DNA from: Phormidesmis sp.
GTDB lineage: Bacteria > Cyanobacteriota > Cyanobacteriia > Phormidesmidales > Phormidesmidaceae
NCBI GenBank assembly: GCA_045110585.1
Contig: JBGCGG010000063.1
Coordinates: 11,732-75,731 of the forward strand
Reading direction: 5' to 3'
DNA length: 64,000 nucleotides
The position numbers and the translations under genes are program-made. This document shows positions 10,362-20,809 of this stretch, piece after piece (the first letter of the stretch is position 1; every line of letters begins with the position of its first letter). Below the pieces are notes generated by a model. It was given only the letters and a program-made list of their open reading frames with translations. It did not search any database and was not told where the DNA came from.

Positions 10362-10613
10362 ATGCTGACCTCTTACCAACCCCTACTCGGCGTCCTCACC
10401 GCCGTCTTATGTGCCACCGGTATGGTTTCTCAGAACGATTCGAAAGGCTTCCCCTCGGCCCTAGACGAATCTTCTCAGCGCCAGCCGATGGAGATTGCCT
10501 ATCGAGGGAGTGGTCGTTTAGACGAGCAACCTGACAGTGGTGATTACGCTCAAAGCAAATCCGATCTCATTGCTCATCGAGGCAGCGGACGCATTCATCC
10601 CCAACGTTTGTAG
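10362..10613 (+). CDS. patX: PatX-like RGSGR peptide precursor with two RGSGR motifs
   Basis: Short hydrophobic leader; IAYRGSGR (RGSGR at 10503-10517) and IAHRGSGR (10578-10592); directly upstream of hetR. Confidence 0.85.
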   Translation: MLTSYQPLLGVLTAVLCATGMVSQNDSKGFPSALDESSQRQPMEIAYRGSGRLDEQPDSGDYAQSKSDLIAHRGSGRIHPQRL

Positions 10614-11070
10614 TTCGTATCCTTCCTCGTATCCAGTCGGGGCTGCCTGCTTGGCATGTTGCTTCTGGTATCTTCCCTAGCGCCCGCAAATCAACTGAGA
10701 ATAGCTTTTATTAATGAACATCCGCATACGGTGTAGAATAGGCGAAAGTAAAGACTTGTGAATATGAGCCTTTACCTGTGTAGCTGTCTGTGCACAGTTT
10801 TTAGCCTCTGTGAGGATTCACAAGGATTTGCAAATGCTGGTTTTGAATAGAAAACCGCGCTCTGAATATATTTTGAATTGAATATATTTTGAATATTTGG
10901 ATTTGAATACTCAGATTTAAATATCTAGAGCGATACTCTGACCGTTGCTGCCTTCCCACTAAGCTGTTTTTCTAAGCCCAGGTTTCTATCTGGTTAGCCC
11001 CCGCCGCTAAGACCTGTTTTTTACGATTTTTTCTGTGCATTCTATATATTGAGCATTTCCGCTTAATTGA

Positions 11071-12000
<930 letters not shown>

Positions 12001-12080
12001 CACCGAATGAATGACGCCGGATAAATGGCGCTGAGAAAAGGCGCTGAGAAATGGTACCGAGAAATGGTGCCGAACAAATT

Positions 12081-12136
12081 ATTGCAATACGATAATCCCC
12101 GTAGAGAGCAGTCTGCGGGGATTATCGTATTGCAAT
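12081..12136. terminator. Long stem-loop after hetR
   Basis: 20-bp perfect arms attgcaatacgataatcccc / ggggattatcgtattgcaat, plus 5 more pairs (one G.U) and a 6-nt loop. Confidence 0.6.
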
Positions 12137-12215
12137 ACAAATGGGTGAGCTGTGAAGAAAAAAAGGCATAGCTGTAGGGAATACTAGCGCTGGTTATTGG
12201 TCTAGTTATTTGGAT

Positions 12216-13379
12216 ATGTCTTTGCAAATTGCCTATCTCTCCCAGGGACGGCTGTTTCTTCATCAAGAAGATGCACCGTTGAAAGAAATTGAGAGTGACT
12301 TTGGCAAACAGCTTCAGCAGCGCCGGCTAAAAGTTAAGCGCAAGCAGGTGATGAGGAATCAAGGCATTCAGGCCATGAGTATGTCGCCGCAAATGCTCAA
12401 GCAAATGCAACAGCAAGCAGAAGCGACTAGTCCTGTGTTTATTACGAGCATCTGCGCATTGGATGATGGTCAGCTGGCCTATAGCTTAGAGTCAGAAGAT
12501 ATGGGCGGTCTGTTTCGTTTTGACCCTAAAACAGATCGAGAGACTCGACTGTTTCACAGCACTGATTTTCATGTCAGTTATTTAGACTTTGATCCACAGC
12601 AGAACCTTATTGCTTGCACCAAGGCTTATAAAACGGGCAGCATCAACCTGGCCACCCTACAGCCAGATGCGATTAGGCCGATGGATATTACAGAAGGAGA
12701 TTCTGTTGATATTGCGCCGAGATGGATTGGGCATAAGGCGCTGGTGTATCAGTCAGCAGGGGTAAGCCGCAACGAAGATGGATATGTGGGCGCTAGAGCC
12801 CCTTTCTCCATCGAGAAATTTGATCCGGTTCATCAGTCCATCAGCACCCTAGCGGAAGATCCCAAATCTGATTTGCTTGGCCCTCAAATGGATGAAAGCG
12901 GCCTACTTTACTACATTCGCCGACCTTATAAAGCTGGTTATGCTGCGTTAGGCGTGTTGCCAGCCCTAAAGGAAGTGCTGCTGGTGCCGTGGCGGTTGGT
13001 AATGGCGATATGGGGCTTTTTTAATTCGTTTACGGTGATGTTTACTGGGCGGCCTCTGATTACGGCTGACACTCAGCAAAAAATGACACCGCAAACAAAA
13101 CTCAAAGCTTGGGGAGAAGCGCTTTCTCCTCAAAACCAGCATAAGAAACATCAAAAAGAGGCAGATGCCCCTGCATTAGTGCCGAGTAGTTGGGAGCTGG
13201 TGCGACAAGGTGTACAGGGCGTTCCTGAAGTGTTGGCAACTGCTGTCCTCTCTTATGACTTGGCGGCGGATGGCCGCATTGTTTATACCAATGGGAGTGG
13301 TGTGTATTTGATTGAACCCAATGGCAAGTCGTCACGGGTGACGGTAGGTAAGCTTATTGAGTCTGTGAAATTTGTGTAG
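12216..13379 (+). CDS. Hypothetical protein, probable TolB/PD40-like beta-propeller with a hydrophobic insert
   Basis: Repeated short beta-strand segments (ITEGDSVDIAPRW, DLLGPQMDESGLLYYIRRP, YDLAADGRIVYTNG); hydrophobic stretch VLLVPWRLVMAIWGFFNSFTVMF; no signal peptide. Confidence 0.6.
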   Translation: MSLQIAYLSQGRLFLHQEDAPLKEIESDFGKQLQQRRLKVKRKQVMRNQGIQAMSMSPQMLKQMQQQAEATSPVFITSICALDDGQLAYSLESEDMGGLFRFDPKTDRETRLFHSTDFHVSYLDFDPQQNLIACTKAYKTGSINLATLQPDAIRPMDITEGDSVDIAPRWIGHKALVYQSAGVSRNEDGYVGARAPFSIEKFDPVHQSISTLAEDPKSDLLGPQMDESGLLYYIRRPYKAGYAALGVLPALKEVLLVPWRLVMAIWGFFNSFTVMFTGRPLITADTQQKMTPQTKLKAWGEALSPQNQHKKHQKEADAPALVPSSWELVRQGVQGVPEVLATAVLSYDLAADGRIVYTNGSGVYLIEPNGKSSRVTVGKLIESVKFV

Positions 13380-13461
13380 CACTGTCGAGCCTACTGTCGA
13401 GCCTGTGCGGGCAACGCGTGCGATCACCGGCTCGACATGGTAGATATGCATGAGAGATGGT

Positions 13462-13995
13462 TTATAGCAGTGGACTTAAGGTGCTGCCTGAAGCTACGAC
13501 ATCTTCTGCATGGATAATTCGCTTTCTCAAACGAGAAAGTGTTAATTCGTCTTGGACGAGTTGCTCTTTGTAACTGCGTTGCCACACAGGAGAGCCTGGC
13601 TGATTTCGAATCAGATTAATGCGCTTAGCAGTGGCTGCTTTGAACCTGGCTACAAATGAAGTGAGTAGGCGAGGTTTACTAGAGGTGGCATGGCCATCCG
13701 GATTCTGATGCTTTACGTGGATGAGCGCATGAAGACCGTCTGGGAAAATGACCCACTGGTCTACGTCAATATTTTGGTATTGGGAAATGAGCGAAAGCTC
13801 GTCTGCTGCGATTTGAGTGAGTGCAGAGGCTATGGCAGGCAGTGCATTTGTTGGTTGGATCTCTGCCTTCAGCCCGTTTTCTATCAGCCCATCTGCAGCT
13901 GAATCGAACAGAGCAATTCCGTTATGAGTTTGAAGGCGCACGTAGTAGAGCGCCGTCTGGATCGATGAAGATTGGAATCTGGATGCTTTTATCAA
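13462..13995 (-). CDS. REP-associated tyrosine transposase (RAYT/IS200-like Y1) homologue with a degenerate active site
   Basis: YYV, DQWVIFPDGLHAL (canonical MPNHxH), FKAATAKRIN, PGSPVWQRSYKEQ (canonical WQRxYxEH); no terminal YIxxNP. Confidence 0.75.
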   Translation of the reverse strand: MIKASRFQSSSIQTALYYVRLQTHNGIALFDSAADGLIENGLKAEIQPTNALPAIASALTQIAADELSLISQYQNIDVDQWVIFPDGLHALIHVKHQNPDGHATSSKPRLLTSFVARFKAATAKRINLIRNQPGSPVWQRSYKEQLVQDELTLSRLRKRIIHAEDVVASGSTLSPLL

Positions 13996-14138
13996 TGGAC
14001 GCCCTGAACCACTGCAAAGTGCCTGTCGTTAGACTGCCCAGCTGGTGTGTGAAAGTCGCGTGAAACGCGACAAGATGGGCGCAAATTAACCTGCTTGCCA
14101 AACTGCCTGTGTGTAGGGGCTGCGTGTAAGGGGAGTGC

Positions 14139-14492
14139 TTAAAGATGGCCCCTGAAGTGAATGTGTGCCTTTTTCTCCGATTCACGCGTGAGATGCATGC
14201 TTGAGATGCGTGAGTATGATGGGCGATCAGGCTGTGTATACAAACAAAAAGAGAGACCCATTTGGATTACTCCTGGGTCTCTCTTTACGGAAGGATTGTT
14301 TATGGAAAGATTGGTTGTGTTGTTTGGGTGTGTTGATGGTGGCTTGGCTGGGTTATTAATGCCTGCTTTTAGGCGCTGTCCTAGCCGCTTTTGCCTTTTC
14401 ATGTACTGGCGCTGTTTTGCAGAACCGCCTCGCCCTTTATGATTGCGTCCTTTGCGGCGTGGCGACTCCCAGCGCTTGAGCTGCTGAGCCAT
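14139..14492 (-). CDS. Small basic hypothetical protein downstream of tRNA-Leu(CAA)
   Basis: RWESPRRKGRNHKGRGGSAKQRQ resembles a recurrent small cyanobacterial protein (from memory); ATG start. Confidence 0.55.
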   Translation of the reverse strand: MAQQLKRWESPRRKGRNHKGRGGSAKQRQYMKRQKRLGQRLKAGINNPAKPPSTHPNNTTNLSINNPSVKRDPGVIQMGLSFCLYTQPDRPSYSRISSMHLTRESEKKAHIHFRGHL

Positions 14493-14566
14493 AGGAATGT
14501 TCCGTTTCTATCAATAGCTCCTTTATGTTAACAACCGCGATTGGCATTAACAACAGCTAGTAAAGA

Positions 14567-14648
14567 TGGGCAAGGAGAGACTCGAACTCTCACAACCGAA
14601 GTCGCCACATTTTGAGTGTGGTGCGTCTACCAATTCCGCCACTTGCCC
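14567..14648 (-). tRNA. trnL: tRNA-Leu(CAA)
   Basis: GGGCAAG...CTTGCCC-A acceptor stem, D-loop GGAATTGGTAGAC, anticodon arm CCACA-CTCAAAA-TGTGG, long variable arm, GTTCGA T-loop; no encoded CCA. Confidence 0.97.
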
Positions 14649-14767
14649 GGTAGGTTTTTTAGTATACAGAATTGAGTGCCTTTGTTGCAGGCAAATTTTG
14701 GGCTATGGGTAAGAAAAAGGACAGTGTTTTATCTTTTGGCCTCTACCCATTCAATCCTCTGGCGGTT

Positions 14768-15643
14768 CTACCAGTTTCTCCAGCCGCCTTTGGCCGTGTC
14801 TTTTTGGGTTTCTTCTGCCGTACGATGACTGCTAAGGAGGGATTGGTAGGCGGGTGTGCTGGCCCAGCGGTCTATTTCTCGTGCCCTTAGCACTGGGACA
14901 GGATGACTGAGATCGTCTGTTTTCATTCGTTTCAGCATTTCGCCTGTCTCACTTTCACTGATGGCATCGTAAGAGCGAGCTTGATCGATAAAGGCGTCTA
15001 GGTTGAGTTGAGCGGAGAGGGTGGGCGATCCACCAGAGAGCTTCATGAGCACAGAGGCCACGGTGCGAGCGTCTTGAGTGGCGAGGAGGGCTGCGCGATC
15101 GCATGTGAATTCAGCGCAGCGAACCCATTCCATAATTTGTGACTGCCAGGTTTGCATGAGTACGCCGCCGAAAGGAAGCTGACTGGTTGCCAAGCTGAGC
15201 AGATTAGCGAGGGTAAGGTATACGCCATGGTCGCACTTGAGATGACCTAGCTCATGGCCAATAACGGCTTGAACTTCAGCCGCATTTAGCAGCTCAATAA
15301 GTGAGGTGTGAACAACGATAAACGGTTGTTTCCCCCGCATGGCAAAGGTGTATGCGTTAGGGACAGGATGCTGTTTGATGTAGAGCTGGGGAACGTCGAG
15401 ATCAAGAATCTCGCAGGCTTCTGTCAGGGCGTGATGGAGATCGGGAAGTTGGTTTGGGCCAACGAGCACACTGGCGGCGATATTTTCTAAATAAAAAAAT
15501 TGCTCACCCATAGGGCCAAGCAGGCTACGAATCGCAACGTCGAGCCCTGGGAGACGTTTTAGGGCCTGTGTTGCTTGTTGATCTAAGGGATGGCGGAAGT
15601 GGTCGGCGTTGAGGCCCACGAGGTGTTGCTTCTGGGTGGCCAT
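14768..15643 (-). CDS. M48 family zinc metallopeptidase (HtpX/Ste24-like)
   Basis: PNAYT, HELGH, AEFTCDRAAL and SHP motifs. Confidence 0.92.
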   Translation of the reverse strand: MATQKQHLVGLNADHFRHPLDQQATQALKRLPGLDVAIRSLLGPMGEQFFYLENIAASVLVGPNQLPDLHHALTEACEILDLDVPQLYIKQHPVPNAYTFAMRGKQPFIVVHTSLIELLNAAEVQAVIGHELGHLKCDHGVYLTLANLLSLATSQLPFGGVLMQTWQSQIMEWVRCAEFTCDRAALLATQDARTVASVLMKLSGGSPTLSAQLNLDAFIDQARSYDAISESETGEMLKRMKTDDLSHPVPVLRAREIDRWASTPAYQSLLSSHRTAEETQKDTAKGGWRNW

Positions 15644-15823
15644 ACAAAAGAGGAGGGGGATTTCTCGTCAGTATAACGAGATCCCTCTCCTCTTTTTGCC
15701 TTATGCCTGTTGCCTGATCTAATCGAGCACTATCTCAAGCACCGTCTTAAGCACCGTCTCAAGCACCGTCAAGCACTGCTAAGAAAGCCCTAGATATATT
15801 TAGAACGCTTGAGTCAGAGGCTT

Positions 15824-17242
15824 TTATACGGCTTCAGCGACGGCCTTTGCTGCTGTTTCGACTGTAGGCTGCGCTGCGCTGTCAGCCTCACTTGCTGGAA
15901 TGCGGCGAAGCTTGGCTCCTACGTTCGTTAGCTTTTCCTCAAACTTCTCGTAGCCGCGATCTAGGTGGTGTAGACCATAGAGTGTGGTTTTACCTTTGGC
16001 AACAAGGCCCGCGATCGCTAAAGCGGCAGAGGCCCGCAAGTCACTTCCTGTAACTGGTGCACCTGAAAGGTGAGAAACTCCGCGAACAATGGCACAGTCA
16101 CCCTTGATGCGGATATCTGCGCCCATTCTGTTAAATTCAGCCACGTGCTGCAAACGGTTCTCAAATACAGTTTCAGTCACCATGCTGTTGCCCTCCGCTA
16201 GCGTTAGCAAGGACATGAACTGAGCCTGCATGTCTGTGGGGAAGCCTGGGTATGGCAAGGTTTGGATATCGGTTGCCTTGATTTTCTCACCTGGGGAAAT
16301 GCGAATGTTTTGATCTTCAATTTCTACAGAAGAGCCGGTTTCGCGAAGCTTGGTGAGTAGGGGGGTGAGATGGTCGGGATCAACTGGCCCTACCGTGATA
16401 TCTGATTGGGTTAAGGCACCTGCAACTAAGAATGTGCCTGCTTCAATGCGGTCTGGAATGATGGCGTAATCGGTGGAGTGGAGACTGGGAACGCCTGTAA
16501 TGGTAATAGCATTCGTCCCTGCGCCTTTGATCTTTGCGCCCATTGCCCGGCAGAAGTTTGCCAAATCTACGACTTCTGGTTCTTGAGCCGCGTTTTCAAT
16601 GATGGTTTCACCTTCCGCTAAGGTGGCTGCCATCATGAGCGTTTCAGTGGCTCCAACGCTGGGATAGTCCAAATATATTTTGGCGCCTTTTAGCTTGCCG
16701 CGAGCACCCGGTACATAGGCATGAACTACGCCGTGATCCATATGGACGTGTGCGCCCAGCGCTTGCAACCCTCGGATGTGAAGTTCGACGGGGCGGGCGC
16801 CAATGGCACAGCCGCCAGGGAGCGGTACTCTGGCAACGCCCAAGCGAGCGAGCAAAGGCCCAATTACAAAAAAGCTAGCGCGTAGCTTACTGACGATGTC
16901 ATAAGGCGCTTTGGAATGGCTAACATGGCTGGCGTCAATATCTAGTACGCTGCCGTCTCGGGAGACCTCTAGCCCCAATGCGGTGAGCACACTGGACATC
17001 CGGCCAATGTCCATCAAATCAGGAATATTGCGAATACGGCAGGTTTGTGAACACAGTAGCGTTCCGCCCAAGACCACCAGTGCTGAGTTTTTGGCGCCGC
17101 TGACAGGAATGTGTCCTTTCAGGGGTTGGCCGCCCCAGATTTCAATGACAGATTCGCCGGCAGAATCGGAAGGGGCCTGTGAGGTACTGCCGTTAGAACC
17201 GTTAGTGGAAGGTGTAGGAGTGATGATGGGAGTAGCCTCCAT
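15824..17242 (-). CDS. murA: UDP-N-acetylglucosamine 1-carboxyvinyltransferase
   Basis: [23 protein letters not shown] (catalytic Cys), [26 protein letters not shown]; ATG at 17242 preferred. Confidence 0.97.
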   Translation of the reverse strand: MEATPIITPTPSTNGSNGSTSQAPSDSAGESVIEIWGGQPLKGHIPVSGAKNSALVVLGGTLLCSQTCRIRNIPDLMDIGRMSSVLTALGLEVSRDGSVLDIDASHVSHSKAPYDIVSKLRASFFVIGPLLARLGVARVPLPGGCAIGARPVELHIRGLQALGAHVHMDHGVVHAYVPGARGKLKGAKIYLDYPSVGATETLMMAATLAEGETIIENAAQEPEVVDLANFCRAMGAKIKGAGTNAITITGVPSLHSTDYAIIPDRIEAGTFLVAGALTQSDITVGPVDPDHLTPLLTKLRETGSSVEIEDQNIRISPGEKIKATDIQTLPYPGFPTDMQAQFMSLLTLAEGNSMVTETVFENRLQHVAEFNRMGADIRIKGDCAIVRGVSHLSGAPVTGSDLRASAALAIAGLVAKGKTTLYGLHHLDRGYEKFEEKLTNVGAKLRRIPASEADSAAQPTVETAAKAVAEAV

Positions 17243-17773
17243 AAAAATGTTATTGAACGAAAAAGACGCTAACAGATTCCAATCTTTGCTAACTGTGCGT
17301 TGCGAAACACTCTGAAAACGATCTAAAGACGATGGCTTCAATCAAATTAGACCGTTAACTTTAGAGCGCGTAAATACCTTGAATGCCTTGAAATAAAGCC
17401 TTTCTGGGGTTCGCTGCCGGTTGTTTGCCAGATCTTTCGGAGGGCGTGAGTGGGGTTCCGGAGGTAATACAGGGCTTTTTCAAAGATTTAGGTTTAGAGC
17501 GAGTTTAAGATTCTGTTGGAATTTGGTATGGATTCTACCCGAAACTTCAGAGTTTCTCCCGGTTGATCTAAATAAAAAGGGCGCTAGTAACCCCATATTT
17601 CATTCTTTTCGTGGAGGAATTCACATAGAACGTGTACGTAACTGGCACGACTATGGAATAGAAATAACGCGTTCACTATTGACGAATTGGCCTTGTTGCT
17701 AGACTATTATTAATCGCAGCTCAGGGGTTGGCGTTTGAATGTTGCGCTTGAGCTTGTCTATCTGCTTCCTTAT

Positions 17774-17857
17774 GCGGGACTGGCGGAATTGGTAGACGCG
17801 CTAGATTCAGATTCTAGTGTTCGCAAGGACTTCCGGGTTCAAGTCCCGGGTTCCGCA
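17774..17857 (+). tRNA. trnL: tRNA-Leu(CAG)
   Basis: GCGGGAC/GTTCCGC-A acceptor stem, anticodon arm CTAGA-TTCAGAT-TCTAG, variable arm, GTTCAA T-loop. Confidence 0.95.
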
Positions 17858-18179
17858 TTTAGTGTTTTAAGTAAGGGCTCCTCGGTTTTTGTTAGCTGGG
17901 GAGCTTTTTATTGGGTCACTGTTTCCTAGACAGATGATGAGGTCTTACGTATTTGAAGTGAGATTTTATTCATTGGAACTTCTTATCGTTCTGTGGAAAT
18001 ACATACTTTTTTGAACATGTGTAACATATGTGTCGGAAAAATCGATTTATCTGCTCAATTTAAGAGCGCACTTCCCTTCTTTTTGTTCGACTGTATGTTG
18101 GCCATCAGTGCTAGCGTCCATTAGTACAGTCTTCAGTTCAATCTCTAGTGCAATATCCAGTGCAACTCCCCCTAACTGT

Positions 18180-18971
18180 ATGCTTACGAGCCTGAATAAC
18201 CCGACTATTAAGCAGTTGCGTAAGCTGCAGCAGCCAAAAGAGCGCCGCAAGCAGGGGCTGCTGCTGTTGGAAGGGACGCACTTGATAGAAGCGGCCTGTT
18301 CTGCGAACTACCCTTTGCAGGTGCTTTGCTATACGGAGGCTTGGCAGCAGCGATATGGCGAGATTTATCGGGCTGCGATCGCACAAGCAGACCAAATAGA
18401 GCTGGTTTCCGATGCGGTTCTGAAATCTATTGCGAGTACCGTGACCCCGGACGGTGTGGTGGCAACTGCGCCTCGGCGTAATGCTTGGCAAGAAGCGGCC
18501 AGTCGGCCCAGCGATCGCGTCAACTTAGGGATCATGCTAGAGACCCTGCAAGATCCTGGTAATTTAGGCACCATTATTCGAACCGCTGCTGCTACGGGCA
18601 GTGATGGCCTATGGCTGAGCCCAGACAGTGTGAATGTTGAAAATCCTAAGGTGCTCAGGGCTTCTGTGGGGCAGTGGTTTCGGTTGCCGATAGCCACTGT
18701 GGAAATAGCCCAGCAGGCGCAGCAGCTCAGAGACAACGGGGTTCAAGTGGTGGCGACAGCGGCGACGGCTGAGCTGAACTATTGGGACTTAGATTTGCGT
18801 CAGCCGACAGTGTTTGTGATGGGTAATGAGGGGGCGGGGCTATCGGCGGCACTGATGGATTGCGCTTCGGTGACAGTGAAAATCCCAGTGATGCCGGGCG
18901 TGGAGTCTTTGAACGTTGCGGTTTCGACGGCGCTGCTGCTGTACGAAGCCCGGCGACAGCGGGATACCTGA
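18180..18971 (+). CDS. TrmH/SpoU family RNA methyltransferase
   Basis: LTSLNNP, LEGTHL, QDPGNLGTIIRT, GNEGAGL, ESLNVAV; ATG at 18180. Confidence 0.92.
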   Translation: MLTSLNNPTIKQLRKLQQPKERRKQGLLLLEGTHLIEAACSANYPLQVLCYTEAWQQRYGEIYRAAIAQADQIELVSDAVLKSIASTVTPDGVVATAPRRNAWQEAASRPSDRVNLGIMLETLQDPGNLGTIIRTAAATGSDGLWLSPDSVNVENPKVLRASVGQWFRLPIATVEIAQQAQQLRDNGVQVVATAATAELNYWDLDLRQPTVFVMGNEGAGLSAALMDCASVTVKIPVMPGVESLNVAVSTALLLYEARRQRDT

Positions 18972-19148
18972 TTGCTTAAGAGACTGGTTTAAGAGATTGC
19001 AATTTAGACGGGCTATGGAGTTTGTCTGAATCTGCTGTGTTCGGTTTCGGGCGGATTCCTAGAACAGATTCCTTTATTTGTGCAAATCAACCGCGCTAGC
19101 TGAGAATGTAAACTATCTTTTACGGAATAGGCATAGAAGGAGAACCCC

Positions 19149-20588
19149 TTGGCAACAGATTCGGCATTTGATTACGACTTGGTGATTATCGGCGCGGGCG
19201 TCGGTGGTCATGGCGCAGCGCTTCATGCAGTGAAGCGAGGTCTCAAAACCGCGATTATTGAAGCGGGTGATATGGGGGGCACCTGCGTGAATCGAGGCTG
19301 CATTCCGTCTAAGGCTCTGTTGGCCGCTTCGGGTCGAGTTCGTGAAATGCGCGATGAACAGCATCTGAAGGCGATGGGTATCAGCCTTGCGGGCGTTGGT
19401 TTTGATCGAGCAGGCATTGCTGATCATGCGAAGAATTTGGTGAGTAAGATCCAGGGCGATTTGACGAATAGTCTGGAGCGTTTGGGCGTAGAGACCATTC
19501 GCGGCTGGGGCAAGATTGCTGGGAGTCAAAAGGTTTCTGTGCAGACGAACGAAGGCACTAAAACAATTACGGCTAAAGATATTATTTTGTCTCCAGGGTC
19601 GGTGCCGTTTGTGCCTCGCGGCATTGAGACTGATGGCAAAACGGTTTATACCAGCGATGAAGCGATTCGGTTGGATTGGCTGCCTGAGTGGGTGGCGATT
19701 ATTGGCAGCGGTTACATCGGCCTAGAGTTTTCAGATGTCTACACGGCGCTGGGATCGGAAGTGACCATGATTGAGGCCATGAATCAGCTCATGCCGACGT
19801 TTGATCCAGATATTGCGAAGCAGGCAGAGCGTGTGCTGATTAAGCCCCGTGATATTGAAACGAAGGTAGGGCTGTTGGCCAAGAAAATTACGCCAGGCTC
19901 CCCTGTGGTGATTGAGCTAGCCGATCCAAAGACGATGGAGACGGTTGAGACGCTTGAAGTGGATGCTTGTTTGGTGGCTACTGGGCGCATTCCAGCGACG
20001 AAGAATTTGGATTTGAACATGGTGGCGGTCGAGACGGATCGCCGTGGGTTTATTCCGGTGAGCGATCTCCTAGAAGTGATCCGCGATGGCAAACCCGTCC
20101 CTCATCTGTACGCCATTGGTGACGCCAACGGCAAAATGATGCTGGCGCACTCCGCATCTGCCCAAGGCATTGTGGCGGTCGATAATATTTGTGGCGAAGA
20201 GCGCACGGTAGACTACAACGCGATTCCGGCGGCGGCGTTTACGCATCCGGAGGTAAGCTTTGTCGGCATGACCGAGCCTGCCGCCAAGGAAAAAGCAAAG
20301 GCAGAAGGCTACGAGGTGGCCTCTGTGCGGAGCTATTTTAAGGCGAACTCTAAGGCGTTAGCTGAAGGTGAAACAGAAGGCTTGGCGAAAGTGATATATC
20401 GCAAAGATACGGGCGAAGTGATGGGAGCGCATATCATTGGCCTGCACGCAGCAGATCTAATTCAGGAAGCGGCGAATGCGATCGCCCAGAAGCAATCCGT
20501 CACTGAACTCTCCCAGTATGTGCATACGCATCCAACGCTATCTGAAGTGTTAGATGAAGCCTACAAGCGCGCCAAGGTGAGCGCTTAG
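19149..20588 (+). CDS. lpdA: Dihydrolipoyl dehydrogenase
   Basis: [19 protein letters not shown] redox disulfide, [14 protein letters not shown]; TTG start after an AAGGAG SD. Confidence 0.96.
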   Translation: MATDSAFDYDLVIIGAGVGGHGAALHAVKRGLKTAIIEAGDMGGTCVNRGCIPSKALLAASGRVREMRDEQHLKAMGISLAGVGFDRAGIADHAKNLVSKIQGDLTNSLERLGVETIRGWGKIAGSQKVSVQTNEGTKTITAKDIILSPGSVPFVPRGIETDGKTVYTSDEAIRLDWLPEWVAIIGSGYIGLEFSDVYTALGSEVTMIEAMNQLMPTFDPDIAKQAERVLIKPRDIETKVGLLAKKITPGSPVVIELADPKTMETVETLEVDACLVATGRIPATKNLDLNMVAVETDRRGFIPVSDLLEVIRDGKPVPHLYAIGDANGKMMLAHSASAQGIVAVDNICGEERTVDYNAIPAAAFTHPEVSFVGMTEPAAKEKAKAEGYEVASVRSYFKANSKALAEGETEGLAKVIYRKDTGEVMGAHIIGLHAADLIQEAANAIAQKQSVTELSQYVHTHPTLSEVLDEAYKRAKVSA

Positions 20589-20595
20589 GATTGCC

Positions 20596-20769
20596 GTGCT
20601 CCGATAAGTTCTGAGCCCCGCCCTGCTGAGTACCCCCTCCCTCTTGCTGTCGCTTGAGTCAACGTCAAGAGGGAGAGAAAGGCTGTGACTTGAATGCAAA
20701 TCCTTCAGAGCCTTGTTACTCATAGCCAGCCATATCCCCCTCTTGGGAGAGGCTAGGGGTGCTCCGATA
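20596..20769. repeat. GC-rich structured dispersed repeat (REP/MITE-like) between lpdA and trpC, bracketed by an 11-bp direct repeat
   Basis: gtgctccgata at 20596-20606 and 20759-20769; near-inverted ends gagtacccc/ggggtgctc; internal ctccctcttg/caagagggag arms; head motif shared with 47718-47739. Confidence 0.55.
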
Positions 20770-20809
20770 TCTATGAAACTAGCCAATTCACAACAGAAAG
20801 ACGCCTCCC

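Noticed and set aside
12216-14648. Integrative element at tRNA-Leu(CAA)
   Set aside because: No duplicated tRNA 3' end (att) and no integrase were found.
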